Shown one piece after another: positions 21,664-31,680 of a stretch of DNA of 64,000 nt. Both the position numbers and the translations under genes were made by a program. The stretch spans positions 211,050 through 275,049 of the forward strand of contig CAVVCK010000001.1 in NCBI GenBank assembly GCA_963746775.1, written 5' to 3'. How positions within the stretch are numbered: position 1 is the first letter of the stretch; the number at the start of each line of letters is the position of its first letter. This DNA is from an uncultured bacterium (GTDB lineage: Bacteria > Patescibacteriota > JABMPQ01 > CAVVCK01). The notes under the pieces were generated by a model. It made no database searches, was not told the origin of the DNA, and saw only the letters and a program-made list of their open reading frames with translations.

Positions 21664-21691
21664 TTGACAAATTTACCCTATTTGGTATTCT
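21664..21691 (+). promoter_or_regulatory. Sigma70-type promoter of secG operon
   Basis: TTGACA, 16-nt spacer ending TGG, then TATTCT. Confidence 0.6.
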
Positions 21692-21766
21692 AGTAAGTAC
21701 TAAATAATTACCTCTAGGTAAGTTTTTTAAGTATAAATAAGTAAATTTAAATTATTAATAAATCTA

Positions 21767-21985
21767 ATGGAGTTAGCTCTAAGCATAATCCAAATTATAA
21801 GTTCAGTCATTTTAATAGTTTTGATAATGATTCAGAATAAAAGCGGCGGTCTATCTGAAGCTTTTGGAGGCGGAGGATCTGAAGTTTATCATACCAAAAA
21901 AGGTGCTGAAAAATTCATTTTTATTGGTACTATAGTTTTTTCTGTTATGTTTTTGGGTACCGCTTTGGTTAACCTCTTCTTTTAA
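21767..21985 (+). CDS. secG: Preprotein translocase SecG
   Basis: Two TMs flanking IQNKSGGLSEAFGGG..YHTKKGAEK. Confidence 0.93.
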   Translation: MELALSIIQIISSVILIVLIMIQNKSGGLSEAFGGGGSEVYHTKKGAEKFIFIGTIVFSVMFLGTALVNLFF

Positions 21986-21991
21986 AATTTC

Positions 21992-23848
21992 ATGTTCAAA
22001 AAAATTTTTTCAAAGAATAAATCTCAAAATATTTCAATAGAAGATCTTAGAAAAAATAAATTTTTTAGTATTTTTAAAAAAATAAATCTAAAAAAGTTTA
22101 TTAAAAAAATAAAAAATATAATTTTTATTCCTAAAGTTCTCTCTAAACCTGAGAAAATTATTATATTATTAGCTTTTATCTGTATTTTTTGTTCTACTAT
22201 TTATCTTAGCGTTACAATAATACCCAACTATATTCAGGAAAAACCAGCTTTTGGCGGGACATATACAGAGGGTGTAGTCGGTCAACCGCAGTTTATTAAT
22301 CCCATACTGGCTCCAGCCTCTGATAGTGATTCAGATATCACTCGCTTAGTATATTCAAGTTTGCTTACTTATAATGAAAATCAAGAGTTAGTCCTAGATT
22401 TAGCTGAAAATTACGAAATTTCCGAAGATCAAAAGAATTATACTTTTTATCTAAAAAAGGGTGTTAAATGGCATGATGGTGAGGAAGTAACCGCCGATGA
22501 TATAGTTTTCACAATACAGACCATTAAAAATCCAGAATACCAAAGCCCTTTGCGAACGAGTTTTTCTGGCGTAGCTATTGAAAAAATAGATGATTATGCT
22601 ATTAAGTTTACCTTAACTGGTGATGCCTTTTCTCCTTTTCTGAAAGAAAATACCACTTTTGGTATTCTACCTAAACATATTTGGCAAGATATTTCTCCTA
22701 AAAATGTAACTTTATCTGAATACAATTTAGAACCAGTCGGATCAGGTCCGTATAGTTTTAAAGAATACAAAAAAGATAAAAAAACAAGCTTTATAAATTC
22801 TTATACCCTAACTGCTTTCGAAGACTATTTTGACAAAAAACCATATATAGAAGAAATTGTTTTTAGATTTTATGATGAATACGAACCTCTTATAACTGCT
22901 TATAATAAACATGAAGTTGAAGGAATAAATTTTCTACCTGTAGATGAAAAAGAAAATTTAAAAAAAGATATTAATGAATACACCTTAAATCTTCCCAGAT
23001 ATTACGCTGTCTTTTTCAATGAAGCTAAAAATAATATTCTAGCTAATACAAAAGTAAGACAAGCTATAGCCTACGGCGTAGACAGACAAAAAATAATAGA
23101 TGAGGTTTTAATGGGACAAGCAAATTTAGTGGATTCTCCTATATTACCTGGATTTTTAGGATACAATCCAGAGGTAAAAAAATATGAATATGATCCAGAA
23201 AAAGCTAAAACAATTTTAGAAGAAGAAGGTTGGAAAATGGAAGATCAGTCAGTAGAAGATACCGAAGACAAAGCAACCGAAGAAAATGCTGTTGAGCTGG
23301 GAAATTATAGGCATAAAGATAATACTGAGTTAAATATTACCCTAACCTATGCCATGCAACCAGAATTTTCTCAAATATTTCAAATTATATCTGACAATTT
23401 AAAAGAAATTGGTATTAATGTTATTCCACAAGAAATAGATTCTACTAACTTACAATCAGAGTATATCAGGACGAGAAGTTACGAAGCCTTAATATACGGT
23501 CAGCTTATTTCACATGATCCTGACCCTTACGCTTTTTGGCATTCCAGCCAAAGAGAAGATCCTGGCTTAAATTTAACTTCTTTTAAAAATAAATCTGTAG
23601 ATAATTTATTAGAAGAAGCCAGAAAAACTTCTAATGAAGAGGATAGAATTACAAAATATTTGAACTTTCAAAATATTGTAGCCGAAGAAGAACCTGCTTT
23701 ATTTTTATATTCCCCTACTTATTTGTATGGAGTGAATAAAGAAATAAAAGGAATTACTTTAGAATATATTTCAATACCCAGCGATCGATTTGCTAATATA
23801 AACAATTGGTATATCAAAACTAACAGGTATTGGAAAAAATCAAATTAG
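21992..23848 (+). CDS. Peptide ABC transporter substrate-binding protein (family 5, OppA-like), TM-anchored
   Basis: YSSLL..DLAE, WHDGEEVTADDIVFT, PVGSGPY, VRQAIAYGVDR. Confidence 0.9.
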   Translation: MFKKIFSKNKSQNISIEDLRKNKFFSIFKKINLKKFIKKIKNIIFIPKVLSKPEKIIILLAFICIFCSTIYLSVTIIPNYIQEKPAFGGTYTEGVVGQPQFINPILAPASDSDSDITRLVYSSLLTYNENQELVLDLAENYEISEDQKNYTFYLKKGVKWHDGEEVTADDIVFTIQTIKNPEYQSPLRTSFSGVAIEKIDDYAIKFTLTGDAFSPFLKENTTFGILPKHIWQDISPKNVTLSEYNLEPVGSGPYSFKEYKKDKKTSFINSYTLTAFEDYFDKKPYIEEIVFRFYDEYEPLITAYNKHEVEGINFLPVDEKENLKKDINEYTLNLPRYYAVFFNEAKNNILANTKVRQAIAYGVDRQKIIDEVLMGQANLVDSPILPGFLGYNPEVKKYEYDPEKAKTILEEEGWKMEDQSVEDTEDKATEENAVELGNYRHKDNTELNITLTYAMQPEFSQIFQIISDNLKEIGINVIPQEIDSTNLQSEYIRTRSYEALIYGQLISHDPDPYAFWHSSQREDPGLNLTSFKNKSVDNLLEEARKTSNEEDRITKYLNFQNIVAEEEPALFLYSPTYLYGVNKEIKGITLEYISIPSDRFANINNWYIKTNRYWKKSN

Positions 23849-23869
23849 TTTATATATTTAATCTTTTTT

Positions 23870-23934
23870 ACCACGTACAAAATTTTGTGGATTATATTAA
23901 ATTTTATAAATATTCTTGAAATTTCGTACGTGGT
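23870..23934. repeat. ACCACGTACG terminal-inverted-repeat element, copy 3
   Basis: ACCACGTACAAAATTT ... AAATTTCGTACGTGGT, 15/16 complementary. Confidence 0.8.
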
Positions 23935-24256
23935 TTACTATATTCTCTAAAAAATAAAATCTTATTAAAATAAATTTATTTGTACTCATTAAACTTATTT
24001 TATTTAGCAAATAAATACTTTTTCATATTTATTAAATCTCGCTCAGTATAAAATACGAGCAAAACGTATATACAAACGTAATCACGTTATAATATAAATT
24101 ACAAATTATTATCCGCAATATCCGCTATAATTCACTTATCCGCAATATTACAATAAGCGAATTTGGCAAATTCATAAAGATAAACGGAAAAATATATAAG
24201 AAATTTCGTAATTCGCATTAATATACACTCAATTTAATTTTTTAACAATTTATCAA

Positions 24257-25939
24257 ATGATTATCAAAAAAGAAAAATCAAAACTAAAAATCATACCTTT
24301 AGGAGGATTAGAAGAAATCGGCCGCAATATGATGTTAATTGAATATGAGCGAGACATTATCATTATTGATGCTGGACTTCAATTTCCCGAAGAAGATATG
24401 CCTGGAGTAGATTATATTATTCCCAATATTTCTTACTTGCAAGGTAAAGAAAACTTCATTAGAGGAGTTATTATTACCCATGGTCATTTCGATCATATCG
24501 GTGCTATTCCGCACATAATGAAAAGAATTGGCAACCCTACTATTTTTACAGCCAAATTAACTCGTGCTATTATTGAAAAAAGGCAAGCAGAATATGAGAC
24601 CAAGGAAAAACTAAACATTTACACAGTTGATTCATCTGATGTCTTGCAGCTGGGTATTTTTAAAGTAGAATTTTTTCGGGTAAATCACACTATCCCTGAT
24701 GGTATCGGCATAGCTATCCATACTCCCCATGGCACAATTGTTCATACTGGAGATTTCAAATTCGATCCTACACCTATTGGCGATAAGCCAGCCGATATGG
24801 CTAAAATAGCAAGGCTTGGCGGTCAAAAAGTTTTAGCTCTATGTTCAGATAGTACTGGTGCAGACAAACCAGGTCATTCTATTTCAGAAAAAACAATTAA
24901 AAAAAATTTAGAAGATGCTTTTAAACAAGCTGAAGGTCGAGTTATAATATCTACCTTTTCTTCTCTGATTACTAGAATTCAACAAGTATTTTCTATAGCA
25001 GAAGAAACCGGACGCAAAATTGCCATTGATGGCTTTAGTATGAAAACCAATGTAGAAATTGCTCAGAAATTAGGTTATCTGAAAGTAAAAAAGGGATTAT
25101 TAATCAGTACTAAAGAAATAAAAAATGTTCCAGACAATAAGGTCATAATTCTTTGCACTGGAGCTCAGGGTGAAGAAAGGGCAGTCCTAATGAGAATTGC
25201 TAATGGTGAACATAGAGACTTAGAAATAGAACCCGGCGATACTGTTATGTTTTCCTCTTCGGTAGTACCTGGCAATGAACGAACCGTACAAAGACTCAAA
25301 GATACTATAACTAGGCGAGGCGCTAAAATATTTCATTACCAAATGATGGATATACACGCTGGCGGACATGGTTATGAAGAGGATCTGAAAACCATGATAG
25401 ATTTAGCTAAACCAAAATATTTTATTCCCGTTCATGGCAATCGTTACATGTTAAAAATCCATGGTGATATTGCTCAAAGTGTCGGTATCCCAGAAAAAAA
25501 TATTTTTATAGCTGACAACGGTCAAATTATGGAATTTGATGAAAACAAAGGAGAACTTACTAAAAGAAAGGTTCCTGCTGATCATGTAATGGTAGATGGT
25601 CTGGGCGTAGGTGATGTTAGTAATATAGTTTTACGCGACAGAAAAATGTTGGCCGGAGACGGCATGTTCGTTGTCATTGTTACTATTGATGGCAAAACAG
25701 GTCAGTTGATCCAAAATCCTGATTTAATATCTAGAGGCTTTATTTATATGAAAGAACAAAAAGGATTAGTTGAACAAACAAGAAAAAAAGTAAGACAAAT
25801 AATAGAGAGACAGGATTCTAAATCTATAGCTAATAACTATGTTTATATAAAAAATAAACTAAGAGACGAAATAGGACAATACCTATACAAAAGAACTGAG
25901 AGAAGACCAATGATTTTACCAGTTGTGATTGAAGTATAA
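24257..25939 (+). CDS. rnj: Ribonuclease J
   Basis: PLGGLEEIGRNM, THGHFDHIG, HTGDFK, HAGGH, RRPMILPV. Confidence 0.97.
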   Translation: MIIKKEKSKLKIIPLGGLEEIGRNMMLIEYERDIIIIDAGLQFPEEDMPGVDYIIPNISYLQGKENFIRGVIITHGHFDHIGAIPHIMKRIGNPTIFTAKLTRAIIEKRQAEYETKEKLNIYTVDSSDVLQLGIFKVEFFRVNHTIPDGIGIAIHTPHGTIVHTGDFKFDPTPIGDKPADMAKIARLGGQKVLALCSDSTGADKPGHSISEKTIKKNLEDAFKQAEGRVIISTFSSLITRIQQVFSIAEETGRKIAIDGFSMKTNVEIAQKLGYLKVKKGLLISTKEIKNVPDNKVIILCTGAQGEERAVLMRIANGEHRDLEIEPGDTVMFSSSVVPGNERTVQRLKDTITRRGAKIFHYQMMDIHAGGHGYEEDLKTMIDLAKPKYFIPVHGNRYMLKIHGDIAQSVGIPEKNIFIADNGQIMEFDENKGELTKRKVPADHVMVDGLGVGDVSNIVLRDRKMLAGDGMFVVIVTIDGKTGQLIQNPDLISRGFIYMKEQKGLVEQTRKKVRQIIERQDSKSIANNYVYIKNKLRDEIGQYLYKRTERRPMILPVVIEV

Positions 25940-25940
25940 A

Positions 25941-26411
25941 TAGTAGATGGTAGCTGGTACTTTGTATTTAGTATTATGAATAAAAATAAAATAGAATCCT
26001 TTACTGATTTATATGCCTGTAAAGTAGAACATGAATTGGTTATGTTAATATATAAAGAAACAGAAAATTTTCCTAAAAAAGAAACATTTTATTTAGTCAG
26101 TCAAATGAGACGTGCCATAATTTCTATTACATCAAATATAGCTGAAGGTTTTAGCCATAATTCGCCTAAAGAAAAATTTCAATTTTATAATATAACTCAA
26201 GAATCAACCACAGAACTGCAAAATCAAATTTTAATAGCTCGGGATGTAGATTATATTAATAGAAATGTATTTAATAATATTGCTCAACAAACAATAACAG
26301 TTGCAAAATTATTATATGGTTTAAAAAAAATAAAATCTAAACATTAACTACTCTACATTACAAAATACTATATACTATATACTAAATATTAAATACTAAC
26401 TCCTAAATACT
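25941..26411 (+). mobile_element. Four-helix-bundle cassette with heptamer inverted arms (IVS-like)
   Basis: Left arm TAGTAGATGGTAGCTGGTACTTTGTATTTAGTATT is complementary to the (AATACTA/TATACTA)n right arm at 26348-26411. Confidence 0.55.
25976..26347 (+). CDS. Four helix bundle protein (23S rRNA IVS-protein family), possibly decaying
   Basis: SFTDL, FPKKETFYLVSQMRRAIISITSNIAEG, ELQNQ; the usual W and ARGS-type residues are replaced. Confidence 0.88.
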   Translation: MNKNKIESFTDLYACKVEHELVMLIYKETENFPKKETFYLVSQMRRAIISITSNIAEGFSHNSPKEKFQFYNITQESTTELQNQILIARDVDYINRNVFNNIAQQTITVAKLLYGLKKIKSKH

Positions 26412-27383
26412 ATGTCAAAAATATTTTCCGGCATTAGACCTTCAGGTAAACTCCATCTAGGCAACTACTTAGGTGCTATAAAAAACTGGATAGAATTGCA
26501 AGACAAACATAAATGCATTTATGGAATAGTTGATTTACATGCTATTACAACTCCTTTTGAACCTAATAGTTTAAAGCAAAATATAAAAGATACTATTTTA
26601 GATTATTTAGCCCTGGGTCTTGATCCTAAAAAAAGCACATTTATGTTACAATCTATGGTTCCAGAACATTTAGAGCTTGCTTGGTACTTTGGATCATTAG
26701 TTAAATTAACAGAACTAAATAGGATTCCTACTTTTAAAGAAAAAATCAAAGAACATCCTAAAGATATAACTTCTGATTTATTAAATTATCCTATACTAAT
26801 GGCAGCGGATATTTTAATATATAAAGCTGATTTAGTGCCTGTAGGAGAAGACCAAGTACCTCATATTGAATTTGCTAACGACATCGGACAAAGGTTTAAT
26901 AAAAAATTTGATTATACTTTTCCAAAAGTTAAACCGCTACTGACTGAAGGAGCACGCATAATGTCACTCAAAGACCCTTCCAAAAAAATGAGTAAAACTG
27001 GAGATGAAGGAATAGCACTAAATGATTCAGAAGAAGATATAAATAAAAAAATTACTAAAGCTGTAACAGACACAGGAACTGATATTATTTATGATAAACA
27101 AAAAAAGCCAGCTATTTCAAATTTACTGACTATTTATAACTTATTATCAAATAATTCAATCAAAGAATTAGAAGAAAAATATAAAGGAAAAGGTTACGCT
27201 GATCTTAAAAAAGATTTGGTTCAGGTTATAATTAATTTTCTTAAGCCATTTCAAAAAAGAAGGAAGGAATTAGAAAGTAAACCAAATTATGTAGAGAAGG
27301 TTATTCAAGAAGGAAGTGAAAAAGCGAGAATTGAAGCGAAAAAGAATATTTTAGAAATTAAGGAAAAAATAGGATTAAAATAA
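26412..27383 (+). CDS. trpS: Tryptophan--tRNA ligase
   Basis: SGIRPSGKLHLGNYLG, YPILMAADIL, VPVGEDQ, KMSK. Confidence 0.98.
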   Translation: MSKIFSGIRPSGKLHLGNYLGAIKNWIELQDKHKCIYGIVDLHAITTPFEPNSLKQNIKDTILDYLALGLDPKKSTFMLQSMVPEHLELAWYFGSLVKLTELNRIPTFKEKIKEHPKDITSDLLNYPILMAADILIYKADLVPVGEDQVPHIEFANDIGQRFNKKFDYTFPKVKPLLTEGARIMSLKDPSKKMSKTGDEGIALNDSEEDINKKITKAVTDTGTDIIYDKQKKPAISNLLTIYNLLSNNSIKELEEKYKGKGYADLKKDLVQVIINFLKPFQKRRKELESKPNYVEKVIQEGSEKARIEAKKNILEIKEKIGLK

Positions 27384-27391
27384 AAATATTT

Positions 27392-27425
27392 AAAAAAAGA
27401 CTGCTTTAAAAAACAGTCTTTTTTT
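27392..27425. terminator. Bidirectional intrinsic terminator between trpS and fibre paralogue 2
   Basis: AAAAAAAGACTG...CAGTCTTTTTTT between convergent genes. Confidence 0.8.
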
Positions 27426-27481
27426 ATTTTAAATTATTTTTAAAAATAATTTAATAATCTTTTCTACACTTGAAAAATATA

Positions 27482-28777
27482 TTAAGAACAACTTCCGACA
27501 GCATCTATCGTCTTCCAGGAAGCACTATTACAATAACATGGTTTATCTGCACTAATATCATAATAGATAGCACCCTTATTTGTTCCATCACATGTGCCAG
27601 GATCATCAGTAATATTCAGTTTCAATAACCCGTCACTGATTTCTACATTACCATTAAATCCACCCGCTACTGTTGCTGATCCTGCAGCTATTCCATACAC
27701 ACCAACTCCAAACGTTCCCGTAGCTTCTCCATAAACACCAACACTCCCACTATCTGAACCGTTTGATATAAATCTTCCCCCAACACCTTGGCCAGATATA
27801 CCGCTAGCCCTACCATAAACTCCAACACCAGCCGTATTCGAATCTGTTTTAAAATATCCTCCATAATTAACTCCTGAGGTACTATTAGCATAACCATAAA
27901 TTGCTTTTACTCCACTACCTGAATTAGTAGCTGAAATCAAACTAGTAGGCGAACCGCTCACCGTAATACCAGTACTAGTTCCAGAGCTTACTGTTAGAGT
28001 ATTATTAATAGTCAATGACCCCGTCATTGTCTCATTCGTATCATCATTTAAAAACCGTGAATCATAAGCAGAACCTGATTGATAAGTTGATGTCAAATCA
28101 GCACCTGCTATTGTTCCGTTTAAAATTTTAGCCGTTGTTATAGTATTATCAGCTATATCAGCCGTAGTTATAGTTCCATCAGTGATCATACTAGATGTGA
28201 CACCAGAAACACTAAGAATCACAGCACCTGATGTTCCACCACCACTAAGTCCTGATCCTGCAGTAATTTCTGTAATTTCACTACTAGATCCAGAGCTACC
28301 ATCTATCCACTCTAGTGCTCCACTCGAATTAAGTGATAATATTTGCCCTGATGATCCAGTATTAGATGTAGTTAGTTGACTTACTCCTATCAAATCTGAT
28401 CCTTGAATGGTACCTAATATTTCTAGGTTATCATTGATAACAAAAGGAGTATTCCCGTTAGCTTCTGGGCCAGAAGTTGCTCCACGCCAAACTTGGCCAT
28501 CTATTCTAACATCATCACCAAAGGTTACAGGTATTTCTGCTCCTGTGTCTACATTGGTAGTTTCATTGATAATCGTTCCATTAAAATAAGTAACGCCACC
28601 ATGTCCTTGGGTTCCGACTCGAAGAGAATAAACTCTGGCAGTACCTAAAACTTGTAATTCTTGATCAATAACTTGCGTATTCGCTGGTTGTATTTGATTA
28701 GTTACTGACGCAGACACAGAATTAGTAAAAATAAATACAAAAAAAGCGATTGCAATAGAAATTAAAATATTTTTCAT
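27482..28777 (-). CDS. Secreted fibre-like protein, paralogue 2, with Cys-rich tip
   Basis: Signal peptide (VSA); shared GGVTYFNGTIIN..PVTFGDDVRIDG module; GVYG repeats; C-terminal TCDGTNKGAIYY..CYCNSASW. Confidence 0.75.
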   Translation of the reverse strand: MKNILISIAIAFFVFIFTNSVSASVTNQIQPANTQVIDQELQVLGTARVYSLRVGTQGHGGVTYFNGTIINETTNVDTGAEIPVTFGDDVRIDGQVWRGATSGPEANGNTPFVINDNLEILGTIQGSDLIGVSQLTTSNTGSSGQILSLNSSGALEWIDGSSGSSSEITEITAGSGLSGGGTSGAVILSVSGVTSSMITDGTITTADIADNTITTAKILNGTIAGADLTSTYQSGSAYDSRFLNDDTNETMTGSLTINNTLTVSSGTSTGITVSGSPTSLISATNSGSGVKAIYGYANSTSGVNYGGYFKTDSNTAGVGVYGRASGISGQGVGGRFISNGSDSGSVGVYGEATGTFGVGVYGIAAGSATVAGGFNGNVEISDGLLKLNITDDPGTCDGTNKGAIYYDISADKPCYCNSASWKTIDAVGSCS

Positions 28778-28870
28778 TTGTTTTATTATTATCTATACCA
28801 TAACACAAAAATAAAAAAATAAGAATATCATTTCTTATTTTTTTTTATTAATTTAAGCTAAAATTATACC

Positions 28871-30292
28871 TTAATCAAGCACTTCAGTATTTACTCCTTC
28901 TGAAAAATCTATTTCACTATATTTTTGTAATATTTTTTTTATTTGTTTCTTTAAAATATCATATTTCTGTTTTTCCCTAGCTTCAAACTTTACAGTTAAA
29001 TAAGGTCCATTCTGAGAAGCTCTGATAACAAACATTTCATTATCAGTATCCATACGAATTCCATCAATCTCTATATAATCTGCCTTAGGATATAATTTTT
29101 TAATATCTTTACCTATTTTATCACTAATTAATTTAAATTTTATATTATCAGGACAGCCAACTTTTATCTCCGGACTAGAAATATACTGGGGCAGTTTCTG
29201 AATTGCCTCACCTAAAGATTGTCTGGTCCTAGTTAAATAAGATAAAAGTCTTAGGGTTGCCATAGCGCCATCATCATGACCATAAAAATTATCCACAAAG
29301 AAAAAATGACCAGATAACTCTCCGCCAAAGATAGCTCCACTAGAACTTACTTTTGCTTTTATGAAAGAATGACCAGTTTTCCACATAATAGGCACTCCGC
29401 CAGATTTTTTTATTACTTCATCTACTTGTTTTGAACATAAAACATTATAAACTATTTTTCCTCCCGGAAGGAAATCCAAAACATCTTTAGAAAATAACGA
29501 TACCAGAGCATCATTCCAAATCATATTGCCTTTTTCATCAACTATTCCTAATCTATCACCATCAGTATCATAAGAAAATCCCATATCAGCTTTTTCTTTT
29601 ATTACTCTCTCAGCTAATCGCTTTTGTACTTTCTCTTCTGTTGGATCAGCTACGCCAACCGGAAAAGTTGGATCAGGCTTAGTATTCTGCTCGATTACTT
29701 CCAGGCCAGCTTTTCTTAAAATTTTCGGCATAAATAATCCTGGTGTGGCTGCACAAGCATCAACTACTACTTTAAAATTTTTAATTTTATCTACCCTTTT
29801 TAAAATATCTGCTTCATAAATACTGAATATATCTTTTTTTATATGTTTTCCTACTACCTCTTTCGTTCTAAATTTACCTGAATTAACCAATTCTCTAAAA
29901 TCAATAATTTCTTCCTGCACCATTGTCTCAGAATATCCCGTGCCAAATTTAAATCCATTATACTCTCGGGGATTATGAGAAGCTGTAATCATAATTGCCC
30001 CCTTTGTCCTGAAATAATAAGGTGCAAAATAAACAATTTGAGACAAAGTCATCCCAATATCATAGACTGTAATACCTGATTCCGTTAATCCTTTTATTAA
30101 GGCTTCACAAAAAATAGGACTCGACTCTCTTGAATCATAGCCCACTATACATTCATAAATTCTTCTATTTAGAAGCCAGGTGGCATAAGCTTTTCCTAAA
30201 ATCTCTACCTTTTCTTTATCTAAATCCTTACCCACTACACCACGTAAATCATAGCCTCTAAATATTTCTTTGTTTATTTTTATATTTTTCAT
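28871..30292 (-). CDS. Phosphomannomutase/phosphoglucomutase
   Basis: FRGYDLRG, ITASHNP, DTDGDR, GELSGH. Confidence 0.95.
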   Translation of the reverse strand: MKNIKINKEIFRGYDLRGVVGKDLDKEKVEILGKAYATWLLNRRIYECIVGYDSRESSPIFCEALIKGLTESGITVYDIGMTLSQIVYFAPYYFRTKGAIMITASHNPREYNGFKFGTGYSETMVQEEIIDFRELVNSGKFRTKEVVGKHIKKDIFSIYEADILKRVDKIKNFKVVVDACAATPGLFMPKILRKAGLEVIEQNTKPDPTFPVGVADPTEEKVQKRLAERVIKEKADMGFSYDTDGDRLGIVDEKGNMIWNDALVSLFSKDVLDFLPGGKIVYNVLCSKQVDEVIKKSGGVPIMWKTGHSFIKAKVSSSGAIFGGELSGHFFFVDNFYGHDDGAMATLRLLSYLTRTRQSLGEAIQKLPQYISSPEIKVGCPDNIKFKLISDKIGKDIKKLYPKADYIEIDGIRMDTDNEMFVIRASQNGPYLTVKFEAREKQKYDILKKQIKKILQKYSEIDFSEGVNTEVLD

Positions 30293-30307
30293 GGAAAAAT
30301 TAAAAAG

Positions 30308-30526
30308 CTATCTTTCAGCACAAGGTAACAATGCCAAAAATCTTGCTCTCTTAACTGCTCTAGTTACCATTCTTTGATGTTTTGAACAATTTCCACTTCT
30401 CTTGCCAGTCACAAGTTTACCATAAGTAGATACAAATCTTCTTAGAAGAGTAACATCCTTATAATCAACTTGTTTGATTTGTTCAGCACAAAGCTCACAT
30501 CTTTTCTTAATTATTTCATTAGCCAT
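30308..30526 (-). CDS. rpsR: 30S ribosomal protein S18 (zinc-ribbon type)
   Basis: CELC..VDYKD..GNCSKHQR..AVKRAR. Confidence 0.97.
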   Translation of the reverse strand: MANEIIKKRCELCAEQIKQVDYKDVTLLRRFVSTYGKLVTGKRSGNCSKHQRMVTRAVKRARFLALLPCAER

Positions 30527-30544
30527 ATAAATTTATATTATATA

Positions 30545-31075
<531 letters not shown>

Positions 31076-31096
31076 TTAATAATATTTTAAATTTTA

Positions 31097-31543
31097 TTAA
31101 TCAGTTAAATCCTTACCTAAAGCTTCTTCTAATCTTGCATCAAAATCTTTTTTTACGTCTTCTTTTTTCCTTTCAATTTTTACGTCTTGCACCTTATTCT
31201 TTTTAACCTTATCATCCTCTGTTACTTCTTTATTTTCTTCCTTTGGTTTTTCAACTTTTATCACTTCTTGCTTGATAATTAAAAATCTAATAATTTTTTC
31301 TTCTAATTTTAATTTGTTGTCAATCTTACCTATCATTACAGGCGCTAACTCAAAATTATATTGAACATAATAACCATCAAAAAACTTTTCTATCGGATAA
31401 GCTAACTCTTTCTTGCCCCAGACATTTTTCTCAAAATTATCTACTTTATTTTCAGATAAAATTTTATCTATTTTTCCAATTTCCTGTTCAACTTCCTGAT
31501 CATTAATTTTTGGAGAAAGAATACAAACTAGTTCATAATTCAT
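31097..31543 (-). CDS. rpsF: 30S ribosomal protein S6 with charged C-terminal tail
   Basis: YELVCIL, WGKKELAYPI, IIRFLI; rpsF-ssb-rpsR order. Confidence 0.96.
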   Translation of the reverse strand: MNYELVCILSPKINDQEVEQEIGKIDKILSENKVDNFEKNVWGKKELAYPIEKFFDGYYVQYNFELAPVMIGKIDNKLKLEEKIIRFLIIKQEVIKVEKPKEENKEVTEDDKVKKNKVQDVKIERKKEDVKKDFDARLEEALGKDLTD

Positions 31544-31680
31544 TGATTTATCTTAATTTAAGTTATTTTATAAAGCATAGCTTAACATACTTTAAAAATT
31601 ATTGCAATATTGAAATAATTAGTAAGATAATATATATTAAATGCATTATCCTGCTACTTATTATTTTATAATTTAAAAAA

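Noticed and set aside
25976-26347. Diversity-generating retroelement (Avd-like gene)
   Set aside because: No reverse transcriptase is in the window and I saw no TR/VR pair with adenine-specific mismatches.
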